A stretch of 64,000 bases of DNA from Candidatus Aegiribacteria sp. (GTDB taxonomy: Bacteria; Fermentibacterota; Fermentibacteria; Fermentibacterales; JCC-6): contig JAWOBF010000043.1 in NCBI GenBank assembly GCA_046498225.1, forward strand, positions 16,957 through 80,956. The letters run 5' to 3'. A program made the position numbers and the translations under genes. This document shows, piece after piece, positions 37,589 to 46,869 of the stretch. Every line of letters starts with the position of its first letter. Position 1 is the first letter of the stretch. Under the pieces are notes generated by a model, which saw only the letters and a list, made by a program, of their open reading frames with translations, was not told the DNA's origin and did no database searches.

Positions 37589-38167
37589 TCATTCCTCATC
37601 CAGCGCGACTCCTCTGCCGTCCCTGATTACTCTTGCGAACCTCTGCGCCGCGGTGAACCAGGTCCCCGCGGACATCACCGCCAGCATGATGACTATGGCC
37701 CGTGTGTCCCACAGGCCGGCGGCCACCAGGCCGGCTATCAGAAGGACCAGCCTCTCCGTTCTGGTGAATATACCAACAGAACCGAAAAGTTTCACTCCCT
37801 CTGCCCTGGCCCTGATATAGCTGACCATGTACGAGCCTCCGATGGCGGCCGGGACCAGATAGACCAGCGAATGATGAACAGAACCCGCTTCTCCCGCAAG
37901 CATCGCGCCGAAGATAAACAGTTCGCCGACCCGGTCGGAGCTGGAATCGAAGACCGCCCCCGCCTTGCTGACTATGCCCTTCCTGCGGGCAAGCTCCCCG
38001 TCGACTGCATCCAGGATGCTTCCGCCGGCGAGGAATGCCGTTCCCGCAATGTAACTGCCACCCCATACGAACCATGCGGCCACGGCCGTGAGCAGCAATC
38101 CCGCGGTTGTGACCGAGAAGGGTCCAACTCCCATGCCCAGAAGCAGCCTTACAAGGGGTTCAAGCAA
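37589..38167 (-). CDS. CDP-alcohol phosphatidyltransferase (candidate phosphatidylinositol-phosphate synthase)
   Basis: DAVDGELARRKG...GAVFDSSSDRVGE = D(x)2DG(x)2AR...G(x)3D(x)3D motif; adjacent to MIPS. Confidence 0.7.
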   Translation of the reverse strand: MLEPLVRLLLGMGVGPFSVTTAGLLLTAVAAWFVWGGSYIAGTAFLAGGSILDAVDGELARRKGIVSKAGAVFDSSSDRVGELFIFGAMLAGEAGSVHHSLVYLVPAAIGGSYMVSYIRARAEGVKLFGSVGIFTRTERLVLLIAGLVAAGLWDTRAIVIMLAVMSAGTWFTAAQRFARVIRDGRGVALDEE

Positions 38168-38263
38168 TCTCCTGCCGGCGTCCTTAATATCGTCCAGGTT
38201 AAATCATCCCCCCTGGAAACAGTTCCGCAAAGCATTGTAAAATAGAGCCGGCGGATGTCATCG

Positions 38264-38962
38264 TCAATCAAAAAGACCGGATTCCACACCCGCTCCACCT
38301 ACAACCAGCGTTATCTCCCCGCGGACCTTCTTTTCGGAGAAGTGCTCCGCTGCCATTTCGATGTTTCCCCGCACGTACTCCTCATGGAGCTTGGTCATCT
38401 CCCTGGCTACACAGACAGGTCTGTTGCCAAGAATTCGCCTCATTTCCTCCAGATACCTGAGGAGATGATGGGGACCAAGGTAATATACAATGGAACCGGC
38501 GTAGGTGGACATCTCTTCCAGCCTGGAGGTTCTGGCCCCGCTCTTCCGTGGAAGGAATCCCTCGAAGGCGAACCTGTCGGTGGGCAGCCCTGACGCGGCA
38601 AGAGCGCAGACCACCGCGGAGGGACCGGGCACCGCTGTCACCTGATGACCGTCTTCCAGAGCCGCCCGCACAGCGCGGTATGCGGGGTCGGATATACCGG
38701 GCATTCCGGCGTCGGAGACCAGGGCCACGGTAAGTCCGTCCGTGAGGAACCCCAGTATCTGGGGGATTCTGCCCGAGGCATTGTGGTCATGGTAACTGTA
38801 CAGCCTTCGGCGGTCTTCCACGAACTTCGCCGTCCTCCTGGTATCCTCCGCCATCACCACATGCGCCGTGGCGATGGTCTCCCGGGCACGGGGAGATATG
38901 TCGGACAGGTTTCCGATGGGCGTCCCCACCAGCACCAGCTTTCCATCTCCGCCCGGCGTCAT
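38264..38962 (-). CDS. rsmI: 16S rRNA (cytidine1402-2'-O)-methyltransferase
   Basis: LVLVGTPIGNLSDISPRARETI...VVMAEDTR tetrapyrrole-methylase fold. Confidence 0.85.
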   Translation of the reverse strand: MTPGGDGKLVLVGTPIGNLSDISPRARETIATAHVVMAEDTRRTAKFVEDRRRLYSYHDHNASGRIPQILGFLTDGLTVALVSDAGMPGISDPAYRAVRAALEDGHQVTAVPGPSAVVCALAASGLPTDRFAFEGFLPRKSGARTSRLEEMSTYAGSIVYYLGPHHLLRYLEEMRRILGNRPVCVAREMTKLHEEYVRGNIEMAAEHFSEKKVRGEITLVVGGAGVESGLFD

Positions 38963-39216
38963 TCCCCTGCGTCCTCCCGACCGCGCCGGTCAGTTCTCTC
39001 CAGGAGCCTTCTCTGAAGTTCCGCCACCCTGCCGGAAAGCTCCTCCGTTTCCCGGAGGTTCCTTCTGAACTGTACATCGAGAACGTCTCCCTCCCTGCTG
39101 CCGGGGGGAAGGTACCGGGCGGGAACCAGCCAGGACTGGCCGTCCTCCGTTATCAGGACCGCCAGATCCTCCTCTATCCTGTCAAGCGAAACCATCAATC
39201 CATTTTCAAGAGCCAT
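38959..39216 (-). CDS. small hypothetical protein (DUF3006-like)
   Basis: 85 aa ORF overlapping rsmI start by 4 nt. Confidence 0.4.
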   Translation of the reverse strand: MALENGLMVSLDRIEEDLAVLITEDGQSWLVPARYLPPGSREGDVLDVQFRRNLRETEELSGRVAELQRRLLERTDRRGREDAGE

Positions 39217-39244
39217 ATCCCTCCCTCAGGCAAATGTCCCATTT

Positions 39245-39682
39245 TCAGCCCCGGCACCGAAATGGGACATTTCCGAAGAACAGTACAGTTATTCCCAGGC
39301 CGGCGGCAAGTCCGGTTAGCATTCTCAGCAGGTTGCCGCTCTGGTAGATATTGTGATACTGCAGAAGCCCGTCGACGGCAAGGGGAAGCAGGGCGGGAAT
39401 TCCAGCCCAGAACGGAACGCGTATCGCGGGCCTGTACATCAGGACGGTTCCCGCGGCGGCTCCCAGCCAGAAGGCGGTACATCTGGCGCAGAGGGCCGAG
39501 TACCCCCACGGCAGCAGCACAGACCGGGAGGGCAGCCGGTGGCATACGGCGGAAAGCGCGGGGTCGAGGAAACCGCAGGCCTTCCCGGTGAGAGGTCCGG
39601 CCATGGAAAGGGCGAAAAGCAGGAAGGAGGGCACACCCAGCATAAGAGCCAGGACGAGCCTCCCCCCGCTGAACCGTTTCAT
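39245..39682 (-). CDS. DUF2085 family membrane protein
   Basis: CHR...C.RC.AFW Cys pattern between TM helices. Confidence 0.5.
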   Translation of the reverse strand: MKRFSGGRLVLALMLGVPSFLLFALSMAGPLTGKACGFLDPALSAVCHRLPSRSVLLPWGYSALCARCTAFWLGAAAGTVLMYRPAIRVPFWAGIPALLPLAVDGLLQYHNIYQSGNLLRMLTGLAAGLGITVLFFGNVPFRCRG

Positions 39683-39713
39683 CGGCTGCCTTCCCCGCAG
39701 ACGGCCCTGAGGT

Positions 39714-41312
39714 TCAATCCCCTATCCAGATTATTCTGGTCTGGTTGTCGGGTTCCACCATGTCAAGCATGTCGATATAGGCGGTAACAGCCTCACGCAG
39801 AGTCATCTCCGCGGGGACAGCCTGGTGTTCCAGCATTATATCGTATCCCACGTTTCCCTGGGCCAGGTATCCGGTGGTGACGAATCTGTATACGCTGTCC
39901 GGATGCCAGGGCTCTCCCCCGACAAGGATATTGTCCATTTTCTGACCGTCGGGCATGGACTGGTCCCTTGTGGCGGTGAGGCCGCCTATCTCCATGTCCC
40001 TTCTCCGGCCCTGCATGCCTGTCTCCAGGATGTCCTTCAGCTGGGAGCCGGTGAGTTCCATGACGAAAAGCTGCTCCTCGAAGGGAAGGCACTGGTAGAT
40101 GATTCGGGGAGTGACGGGACCCCTGGGCAGGGCGGCCCTTATTCCCCCCCGGTTCATAAGGGCGACGTCGGCATCCGTGCTCCAGAGCATGGCATCGGCC
40201 ACCAGCCTTCCCATGGGATGCTCGGCCCCTCCCCTGGGTATCTCGTCCAGGGCCTCACCGATGACCTGGTCCATGCCGGCTTCGGCCACCGACCTGAATT
40301 CCTCTATCATTCGGGCCACTTCCGGGTCGGGCCAGAACTGGTCATGCAGAAGACTGATATACTCCTCGCCCTCCGGCAGGTCGTAGCCGACCAGGGTCCC
40401 GCTGTCGGTATCAATGGCCAGCCTTATCCGCCCTATGCCTGTGCCGTTGGCGTAACCCTGAACTACTACGGTGTGGCTTACCGGGCTCACCCATGGCTCC
40501 GCGAACCCCACGTGGAAATGACCGGAGACGATAAGGTCGATGCCCTGGACAAGGCAGGTGAGTTCGGCGTTGTTCATGGAGAAGTCCTTGGTGTACTCCT
40601 CCCCCTCCCTCCATGCGTCGAAGACCCTCTGGAGGTAGCGGTCCGGGTCCGACGGCTGGCCCAGGTGGGAGACGAGTATGATGATGTCGGCACCCAGTTC
40701 GGTGACCTCGCTGACGTATCTCTCGGCGGTCTCCACCTCGTTCAGGAACACATAATCGCCCAGGAGCTCGGGGGTTACCAGGCCGTAGGTGTCAGGTGTG
40801 TTGAGCCCTATGAACGCTACTTTCGCGCCGTCGTACTCCCTTATCTCGTAGGGAACGACCGGGTCCGGTATCTCCCCGGTGGAAGCATTTACGAAGTTCG
40901 CGCAGACAACGGGGAACTCCGCCTGCTCGCACAGTTCCAGGGCATTGTCGGTCCCGTCGTCCAGATCATGGTTCCCCAGGGTCATCATGTCGTAACCGGC
41001 GGCGTTCATCCATTCCATCACGAACTCCCCACCCTCGTAGTTCCCGGTGGGGGTGCCCTGGTATATGTCTCCCGCGTCGATGAGAAGGACGTATTCTCCA
41101 TTCTCCCGGCATTCCCGCCTTACATCGTTCACGTAGGCGCTTATGTAGGCCCCGCCGCCTATCATGGGGGGAAAGTCCGGGTTGAGAAAACTGGCCTTCT
41201 GAGGCACTATCCCTCCGTGCATATCGTTGGTGTGAAGTATATTGAGGTATATTATCTCTCCCGACGCCCCGAAGGCCAGCACAAGCGACAGGATGGGAAG
41301 CAGTAGTCTCAC
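39714..41312 (-). CDS. secreted bifunctional metallophosphatase / 5'-nucleotidase (UshA-like)
   Basis: Signal peptide; HTNDMHGG, GDIYQGT, GNHDLD calcineurin-like motifs plus C-terminal 5'-nucleotidase domain. Confidence 0.8.
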   Translation of the reverse strand: MRLLLPILSLVLAFGASGEIIYLNILHTNDMHGGIVPQKASFLNPDFPPMIGGGAYISAYVNDVRRECRENGEYVLLIDAGDIYQGTPTGNYEGGEFVMEWMNAAGYDMMTLGNHDLDDGTDNALELCEQAEFPVVCANFVNASTGEIPDPVVPYEIREYDGAKVAFIGLNTPDTYGLVTPELLGDYVFLNEVETAERYVSEVTELGADIIILVSHLGQPSDPDRYLQRVFDAWREGEEYTKDFSMNNAELTCLVQGIDLIVSGHFHVGFAEPWVSPVSHTVVVQGYANGTGIGRIRLAIDTDSGTLVGYDLPEGEEYISLLHDQFWPDPEVARMIEEFRSVAEAGMDQVIGEALDEIPRGGAEHPMGRLVADAMLWSTDADVALMNRGGIRAALPRGPVTPRIIYQCLPFEEQLFVMELTGSQLKDILETGMQGRRRDMEIGGLTATRDQSMPDGQKMDNILVGGEPWHPDSVYRFVTTGYLAQGNVGYDIMLEHQAVPAEMTLREAVTAYIDMLDMVEPDNQTRIIWIGD

Positions 41313-41326
41313 TTTATTCCCCCCGC

Positions 41327-42559
41327 CTACAGCTGGAACGCCCGGCTGATGGAGAGCATCAGCCTGGTTTCGGTTTCCTCCACGGTGAGGCTGTCACCCG
41401 GAGTGAATGAGGGAAGCCCGGTGACCTCCGTCTGCCGCCATCTGTCAGGCGAGAAGCTGGCCCCCAGGTCCAGGTCCCACTCCTCGAACTGGAAGCCGAG
41501 ACCGGTGGTGAAGCTCATCCTGTCAAGCGAAGCGGCTATGGGAGAACGCCGGTAGCTGAAGCCGAACCTCGCGGTGGGTCCTCCCGGCAGTGAGTTCTCC
41601 ACCCCGGCGCTGATGCCCCAGGAATTGTGAAGCCCCAGGCTTGTCCCCTGGAATTCAAGTGAGCTCTCGTTGCTCCAGTGGAACTCCCCGGTGACCCTGG
41701 ACCTCAGGATATTGCCGGGCACGTAGAGGGCGCCCAGCCTCGCGGTCATCGGCATGTCAAGGTCGTAATCGTCGTCGGACAGGGTGTTCCAGTCTACAGG
41801 GTCACCGCTGTTCTCCGGCGAGACCGAGAGTTCCATGGGATACTCCAGGCCGGCGCTGACGAAAACCCTCCGGTGGGGTCTGAACAGCACCGAACCCCTG
41901 GTCACGATACCGGACATGGACTCCTCGCGTCCGGCCAGTGTCCCGATCTGGGTCGGGTCAACGTTTGTAACCTCCCAGGTCACATTCCTGCTCCCGGTCA
42001 GGTAGCCGCCCGCCAGTCCGAAGGAGAAGTTATCGGAGGGGATGAAAGCCACCGCCAGGTCGAACTCGCTCAGCTGACCCGAGACATCCAGAAGTTCCTC
42101 CCCGGTCCTGACGTAGGAGGCGTCCCTGATGACGCGGCCGTAATCGTAGTCGAAGAGGCAGGGGACCCTGAAACCCGCCGCGAAGGCCAGGGATCCCGGC
42201 ATGCCGCCGGCTCCCCGAAGAGCGGCGGCCGCCCCTCCGGGAAAGAACCCCAGCTCCTTGTTGAAGGCGATCTCAGACTCTCCTATGGAACTCTCGAACT
42301 GGTCGTAGACCCGTCTGGTGCGCTTTTCCACGAAGAAATCCATACCTGCGGACAGCTCCATCAGCAGGCCGTCATCAGATATTCCCAGAAGGGCGGGGTT
42401 CTCCAGTATGCCCAGGGCCGAGGCCTCCATGAAACCGGACGCTCCCATTCCCAGCGAAGCCGCCGACTGGGAACCCGAAGGCTCCCCCAGCCACATCACT
42501 TCCGGCAGCCCGGCCGTTACCGTCATTAGCGAAATCATTCCTGCTGCGATAATGCTCAT
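41327..42559 (-). CDS. outer-membrane beta-barrel, PorV/PorQ (FadL-like, T9SS-associated) family candidate
   Basis: Signal peptide; N-terminal AASLGMGASGFMEASALGILENPALLG resembles the GMGGAFTAVADDA..NPAGLA motif; alternating beta pattern; terminal RAFQL. Confidence 0.45.
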   Translation of the reverse strand: MSIIAAGMISLMTVTAGLPEVMWLGEPSGSQSAASLGMGASGFMEASALGILENPALLGISDDGLLMELSAGMDFFVEKRTRRVYDQFESSIGESEIAFNKELGFFPGGAAAALRGAGGMPGSLAFAAGFRVPCLFDYDYGRVIRDASYVRTGEELLDVSGQLSEFDLAVAFIPSDNFSFGLAGGYLTGSRNVTWEVTNVDPTQIGTLAGREESMSGIVTRGSVLFRPHRRVFVSAGLEYPMELSVSPENSGDPVDWNTLSDDDYDLDMPMTARLGALYVPGNILRSRVTGEFHWSNESSLEFQGTSLGLHNSWGISAGVENSLPGGPTARFGFSYRRSPIAASLDRMSFTTGLGFQFEEWDLDLGASFSPDRWRQTEVTGLPSFTPGDSLTVEETETRLMLSISRAFQL

Positions 42560-42571
42560 TGTTCCTCCACC

Positions 42572-45001
42572 CTACCAGCGGAAATCCAGCTGACAGCGGA
42601 TCCCGTATTCCGTAGCATGATCGATGAAATCCCTTACCGGGCTGCCCGGGTCTCCCTCGTAGTAGAAGCTGTCGTCCGGGTCGGGCCTGTACAGCCCGGT
42701 TCTGGGATAGAAAGTGTCTTTGCGAAGCACCCTCAGCCTTAGCTGCAGGTTGTCCGATAGGTTGTTCTTCACGGTCACGTAGAACTTCGTGCCGTCCCCG
42801 TCAAGGAAATCTATTCCGGTATCCTCGAATTCCCACTGGCTCATTCCGTCGGTGGACCACAGGGTGGACCCGCCCAGTACGGACAGGTTCCGGCTGAAGT
42901 TGTGCTCCCACCTTACGGCCACGTAGCCCCCGGTCATCAGCCTGTCGTCCCCGTAGAGAGGGTTGGGGGTCAGCTCCACCATCCCGTACCTCAGCCGCAC
43001 ATCGAAATAGTCGCTGTTCGTGGGAAGGAAGAACGTCCTGAAGGTGTACTCGGTGGTGCGTGAGGTGGTAGGCACCACGTCATGCATCTTGGTCTTCTCC
43101 TGGTACTTGTACTTCAGCCTGAACCTGACGGTGAAGTCGGGTCTGTACTCAACCTCGCCCTGCAGCCTGTGGTTGTCGAAACCGTAGGGGAGCGACCTCC
43201 ACATGTCCAGGTATACCCTGGTGAACGTAATGCTCCTGCTCACCTGGAACCGGCTCTCCAGGTAGAGGCCCTCCTCGGGTTTAGGCGTGGGCCACTGGGC
43301 CAGCTGGGACGCCAGGGGGTCGTTCAGGTAGTAGGGTTTCTCGAAGATGGTGTCGTCGTAGCGGAGCTGTTCGGCGAAGCCGCGGTTGTAGGGATTATTG
43401 AAACCCAGGTCGTAGCGGCGCCATATGCCAAGGAGGTAGAAGTAGTCATTCTGCCATCTGCCCCTGGCCAGCGCGGCCATGGCGTCGTTGTCCTGTCGGA
43501 CGACTTCGCCCTCCAGGCTGACGTTGTCGATGATGGTCTGGGCGGACAGGCCGAGGAAGGAGGCGGATTCCCCCGCCTCCAGGATATCGTACTCCGGGCA
43601 GTCCCAGTTCTGGGCATCCCCGGGAATGTCCATGACGGCCGCGTCCGGCACCAGCGAATCGCTGTAGTTCACGCTCATCGCTCCCAGTCCGATGGCGGTG
43701 CCGTAGGGAAGGAATCCTCCGAAGTCGTAAAAGCCGTATCCTCCGTAGGTGGTCTCCTTCAGGACGTCCGCGTAGGGAGTTGTCCTGGTGGAGGACATGA
43801 CCGGAATGCTGGGTGTGCCGTCAAGCGCGGTTATGGCGTCCCGGGAGGCATTGGAGTAGAAACCGTAACCGAGGAAGGGTCCGCTCTGGAATTCGAGGGC
43901 TCCTCCCAGCAGGGCGAACTGCCTCGTGGACGTAAGGTCCGGGTAGAGGCCCCAGTTACGGTATGTGGACCTGTACATCATCTCATCCGTATTGTCCACC
44001 AGCAGGCCCTGTCCCAGCGAGAGGTGGTAGTTGCCCAGGACCACCTGCCTTACCGCCCCTATGTTCTCGATGGAGGCGAACCCCTTGGCCACGTCGAACC
44101 GGTCGTTGAGGTCTCCCAGTTCCAGGTCGTTGACCAGCCCGAAACCGGACGTGGAATTCCTGCCTCGGGACAGCCTGGCGCCGCCCCGGAACCGGTCCCC
44201 GAGACCCACTCTCACCCGGTGTTCCCATCCAATGGTGTTCTGCGCCTGAAGAAGCTCCTGGTACTGGTCCTGAACCCTTCCGGCCCAGGCGATGCTGTCG
44301 GATTCGGTATAGCCGCGGCCGTCGAGAATGTCGTACTCCGCGGACCGGAGTTCTCCCAGCATGGCCGAGAGTCCCTCCTCGTCGTACAGCCTTCCGTCGC
44401 CGCCGTCCACGACTATCCTGTAACTGCCGAAGAATTCCATGGAGGTGAGGTCCAGCTGCCTGGTGGAGACGAAATCCCTCATGTTCCGGTAACCGTAGTA
44501 GGTGAGGTTGTCCACGCTCCTGAGCGAAGTGACGCTGGAGACGGGACCGAGGACCTTGAGCCTTCGCTCCACCGCCACGGCGTCAACCAGGCTCACCCTG
44601 TCCAGGCTGCGAAGCTGCCAGGACGTGGCGGAGTTGACCGGAATGGGCCTGATGAGATAGTTCTCCCACATGTCCACCGCCGCGTCCCCGGGTCCGTCCT
44701 CTGTGGCCAGCCTCTCCATGATGCTGATCACCTCGGTGGAGATGCTGCCCTCGGCAGGGGGTACGACCACGCAGTTGTTCTTCAGATAATCCAGCTCCCG
44801 CGGTCCGAAACCGGGAATTTCCATCACGTCGTAGATACTGCGCAGTCCCCCCGTCTCGAAGATGAACATGTAAAGGTCTTCCACCTGTCCTGCGTCCAGC
44901 TCCTCCAGTTCCCGCAGCTCCTCCAGGCTGGCGGTGTTGAGGTCGAATCCTCCGGGAACGGAGAGACCGATGCAGGCGGCCAGTATGAAACTAGAAATCA
45001 T
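42572..45001 (-). CDS. large outer-membrane beta-barrel protein with two N-terminal ComEA-like helix-hairpin-helix motifs
   Basis: DLNTASLEELREL...IPGFGPRELDYL and PVNSATSWQLRSLDRVSLVDAVAVERRL HhH signatures; ~650 aa of amphipathic beta strands, Y/G/F rich; terminal aromatic LDFRW. Confidence 0.55.
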   Translation of the reverse strand: MISSFILAACIGLSVPGGFDLNTASLEELRELEELDAGQVEDLYMFIFETGGLRSIYDVMEIPGFGPRELDYLKNNCVVVPPAEGSISTEVISIMERLATEDGPGDAAVDMWENYLIRPIPVNSATSWQLRSLDRVSLVDAVAVERRLKVLGPVSSVTSLRSVDNLTYYGYRNMRDFVSTRQLDLTSMEFFGSYRIVVDGGDGRLYDEEGLSAMLGELRSAEYDILDGRGYTESDSIAWAGRVQDQYQELLQAQNTIGWEHRVRVGLGDRFRGGARLSRGRNSTSGFGLVNDLELGDLNDRFDVAKGFASIENIGAVRQVVLGNYHLSLGQGLLVDNTDEMMYRSTYRNWGLYPDLTSTRQFALLGGALEFQSGPFLGYGFYSNASRDAITALDGTPSIPVMSSTRTTPYADVLKETTYGGYGFYDFGGFLPYGTAIGLGAMSVNYSDSLVPDAAVMDIPGDAQNWDCPEYDILEAGESASFLGLSAQTIIDNVSLEGEVVRQDNDAMAALARGRWQNDYFYLLGIWRRYDLGFNNPYNRGFAEQLRYDDTIFEKPYYLNDPLASQLAQWPTPKPEEGLYLESRFQVSRSITFTRVYLDMWRSLPYGFDNHRLQGEVEYRPDFTVRFRLKYKYQEKTKMHDVVPTTSRTTEYTFRTFFLPTNSDYFDVRLRYGMVELTPNPLYGDDRLMTGGYVAVRWEHNFSRNLSVLGGSTLWSTDGMSQWEFEDTGIDFLDGDGTKFYVTVKNNLSDNLQLRLRVLRKDTFYPRTGLYRPDPDDSFYYEGDPGSPVRDFIDHATEYGIRCQLDFRW

Positions 45002-45821
45002 ATGTCACCCCGAACTGGTGGGTAAGGTCCAGCTTTGGATGGCTGATAACGGCGTAATCCAGCTGAATGCCGCTTACCGTCGTCCCGAGGCCGCCGGATA
45101 CGGTCACCGGGCTGCTCTGTACCCCCGCCATCAGCGTCATCGCCCCGAGGGGAAGGGACTGGCCCGCGTGCAGCCTCGTCCCGTTGAAGTCCCGGGAGAG
45201 GGTGACGGCGGACATCATGCCACTGGAAGGTTCGTAGCGGAGCCCGGCGTCTATCCTCCTCTTCATATACTCGCCGCTCTCCCCCACCCTGGCCTGGAAG
45301 GGGTTCCTCATGGAAGCCGCCAGAAGCCATCTGCCGTACATCCTCACCTGGAACCCGGTATTCACAGCGAAGGCGGTGGCGCTTCCGTACTCGGACACCC
45401 CCTCGGCGATCTCGGCCCTGCATATTACCGGCTGCACTCCGAAGGACATGTCATCGGTGAGCATGCCGGCAAAGGTAACCGCCGCCATCTGTTCGCCGTA
45501 GAGGTCTCCTCCGAAACTGCGCAGGCTCAGCCCGGCGCTCCATTCGCCGGCCAGGGGCAGGGCTCCGTCCAGGCCGTAGGTCCCGAAATCCAGGTTGGAG
45601 AATGGAAGTCTTCCGGAGATGACGGCCGCTGTCCCCTCCATCCCGGCGATGGAAGCGGGGTTGAACAGCACCGAACCCGGGCCGGTAAGGACGACGCCGG
45701 TGCCCCCCATGGCCTGGGATGCAACTCCTATCTCCAGCTCCTCGAAGGAAGCGGCGGCCTGTCCCAGCGTGACGAACAGAACCAGAAACGCTACTGTAGT
45801 CTTGATTCGCATATGTGACAC
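44991..45821 (-). CDS. outer-membrane beta-barrel, PorP/SprF- or PorQ-like candidate
   Basis: Signal peptide LGQAAA; SQAMGGTGVVLTGPGSVLFNPASIA motif; ends YDF; immediately downstream of a CTD-bearing cargo gene. Confidence 0.45.
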   Translation of the reverse strand: MSHMRIKTTVAFLVLFVTLGQAAASFEELEIGVASQAMGGTGVVLTGPGSVLFNPASIAGMEGTAAVISGRLPFSNLDFGTYGLDGALPLAGEWSAGLSLRSFGGDLYGEQMAAVTFAGMLTDDMSFGVQPVICRAEIAEGVSEYGSATAFAVNTGFQVRMYGRWLLAASMRNPFQARVGESGEYMKRRIDAGLRYEPSSGMMSAVTLSRDFNGTRLHAGQSLPLGAMTLMAGVQSSPVTVSGGLGTTVSGIQLDYAVISHPKLDLTHQFGVTYDF

Positions 45822-45822
45822 C

Positions 45823-46842
45823 TCAATTCAGCGGAGCGGCCACCACGACGGTCTCGGTGGTGGTATAACGCTTGCCTTCGGAATCCATACCCTCCAGGAG
45901 CACGAGATAGGGACCCATGGGGAGGTAATCCCCCGAATCGTCCGTCCCGTCCCACTGGACCACGTCCCCCGCCGGTCTGGAATCGGCCAGAATCGCCACG
46001 TCCCTTCCGGCCCTGTCGAACACGGTAAGAGTGAAGCTCATATCGGACGGTCCTCCGTACTCCAGGTTCACCGTCTCTCCCAGCACCGGAGCGAAGGGAT
46101 TCCCGGTAAGGACGGTTAGATGGAATCCGCTGGAAATGGAAGGCTGATAGACCTGAAGGTCCGACTGGTACCGCGGCAGCAGCTGGTAGCCGCTGTCGTA
46201 GGGGGGCTCCGAATCGTACTGTCCCCCGATGCCTTTCATGAACAGCCTGGTGCCGGCGGTCAGGCCGGCGACACTGATACCGGTGGATCCGCTGACCCTG
46301 ACGGCTACCGCGTTCTGGCCGTTCCAGACGCTGAAATTGTAGCCTCCCCCGGCCGATTCCGGATCGCTGGCAACGGTGACCCACTGTCCCTGGGCGCTGT
46401 TGCCCAGCGCCAGAAGCTGCCCTTCAACGTCCTCGGTGACACCCTGGTTGATCCCCAGCTGCAGAGGATCGGGCATTCCCGGAGTATCGATGAAGGTGAA
46501 GTCCGAAGGGGTTGCGGGGGAGATCTCCACAAGGCCGTTGTACTGCTTGATCTCACCCGTTATCCTCCAGCGTTCTCCCGCCGCGATGGGACCGGGGCTG
46601 GCGGACTCGTAGGCGTAGACGTTGATTCCGGCGGTCTCGTCCTGAACGTAGAAGCTCAATCCCGTTTCGGAGAAGAGAGTGCCCTCGCAGGTGGCCGTTC
46701 CTTCGATGGTGAGGATCTCGCCCAGGTGGTCCGGGATGCCGTCACCGTCAAGGTCCTCCCGGGCCTCCAGAATAGTAACGGTCTGGGCTCCGGACAACGA
46801 GACGAAAAGTGTCAGGACCAGGACCGGGAAACTGTTTTTCAT
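45823..46842 (-). CDS. secreted protein with N-terminal OB-fold-like (extracellular-nuclease-type/DUF5689-like) domain and T9SS C-terminal sorting domain
   Basis: TVTILEAR...GEILTIEGTATCEG...SFYVQDETAGINVYAYE...WRITGEIKQYNGLVEI; C-terminus MSFTLTVFDRAGRDVAIL...GPYLVLLEG resembles that of the S8 protease. Confidence 0.55.
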   Translation of the reverse strand: MKNSFPVLVLTLFVSLSGAQTVTILEAREDLDGDGIPDHLGEILTIEGTATCEGTLFSETGLSFYVQDETAGINVYAYESASPGPIAAGERWRITGEIKQYNGLVEISPATPSDFTFIDTPGMPDPLQLGINQGVTEDVEGQLLALGNSAQGQWVTVASDPESAGGGYNFSVWNGQNAVAVRVSGSTGISVAGLTAGTRLFMKGIGGQYDSEPPYDSGYQLLPRYQSDLQVYQPSISSGFHLTVLTGNPFAPVLGETVNLEYGGPSDMSFTLTVFDRAGRDVAILADSRPAGDVVQWDGTDDSGDYLPMGPYLVLLEGMDSEGKRYTTTETVVVAAPLN

Positions 46843-46869
46843 CGTCTCCCCTTTCTTGATTGCTTGAAT

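Noticed and set aside
37496-38245. 249-aa plus-strand ORF
   Set aside because: Antisense of CDP-alcohol phosphatidyltransferase gene
39825-41306. 493-aa plus-strand ORF
   Set aside because: Antisense of the 5'-nucleotidase
43082-45025. 647-aa plus-strand ORF
   Set aside because: Antisense of the HhH-barrel gene; Gly/Val/Pro-rich
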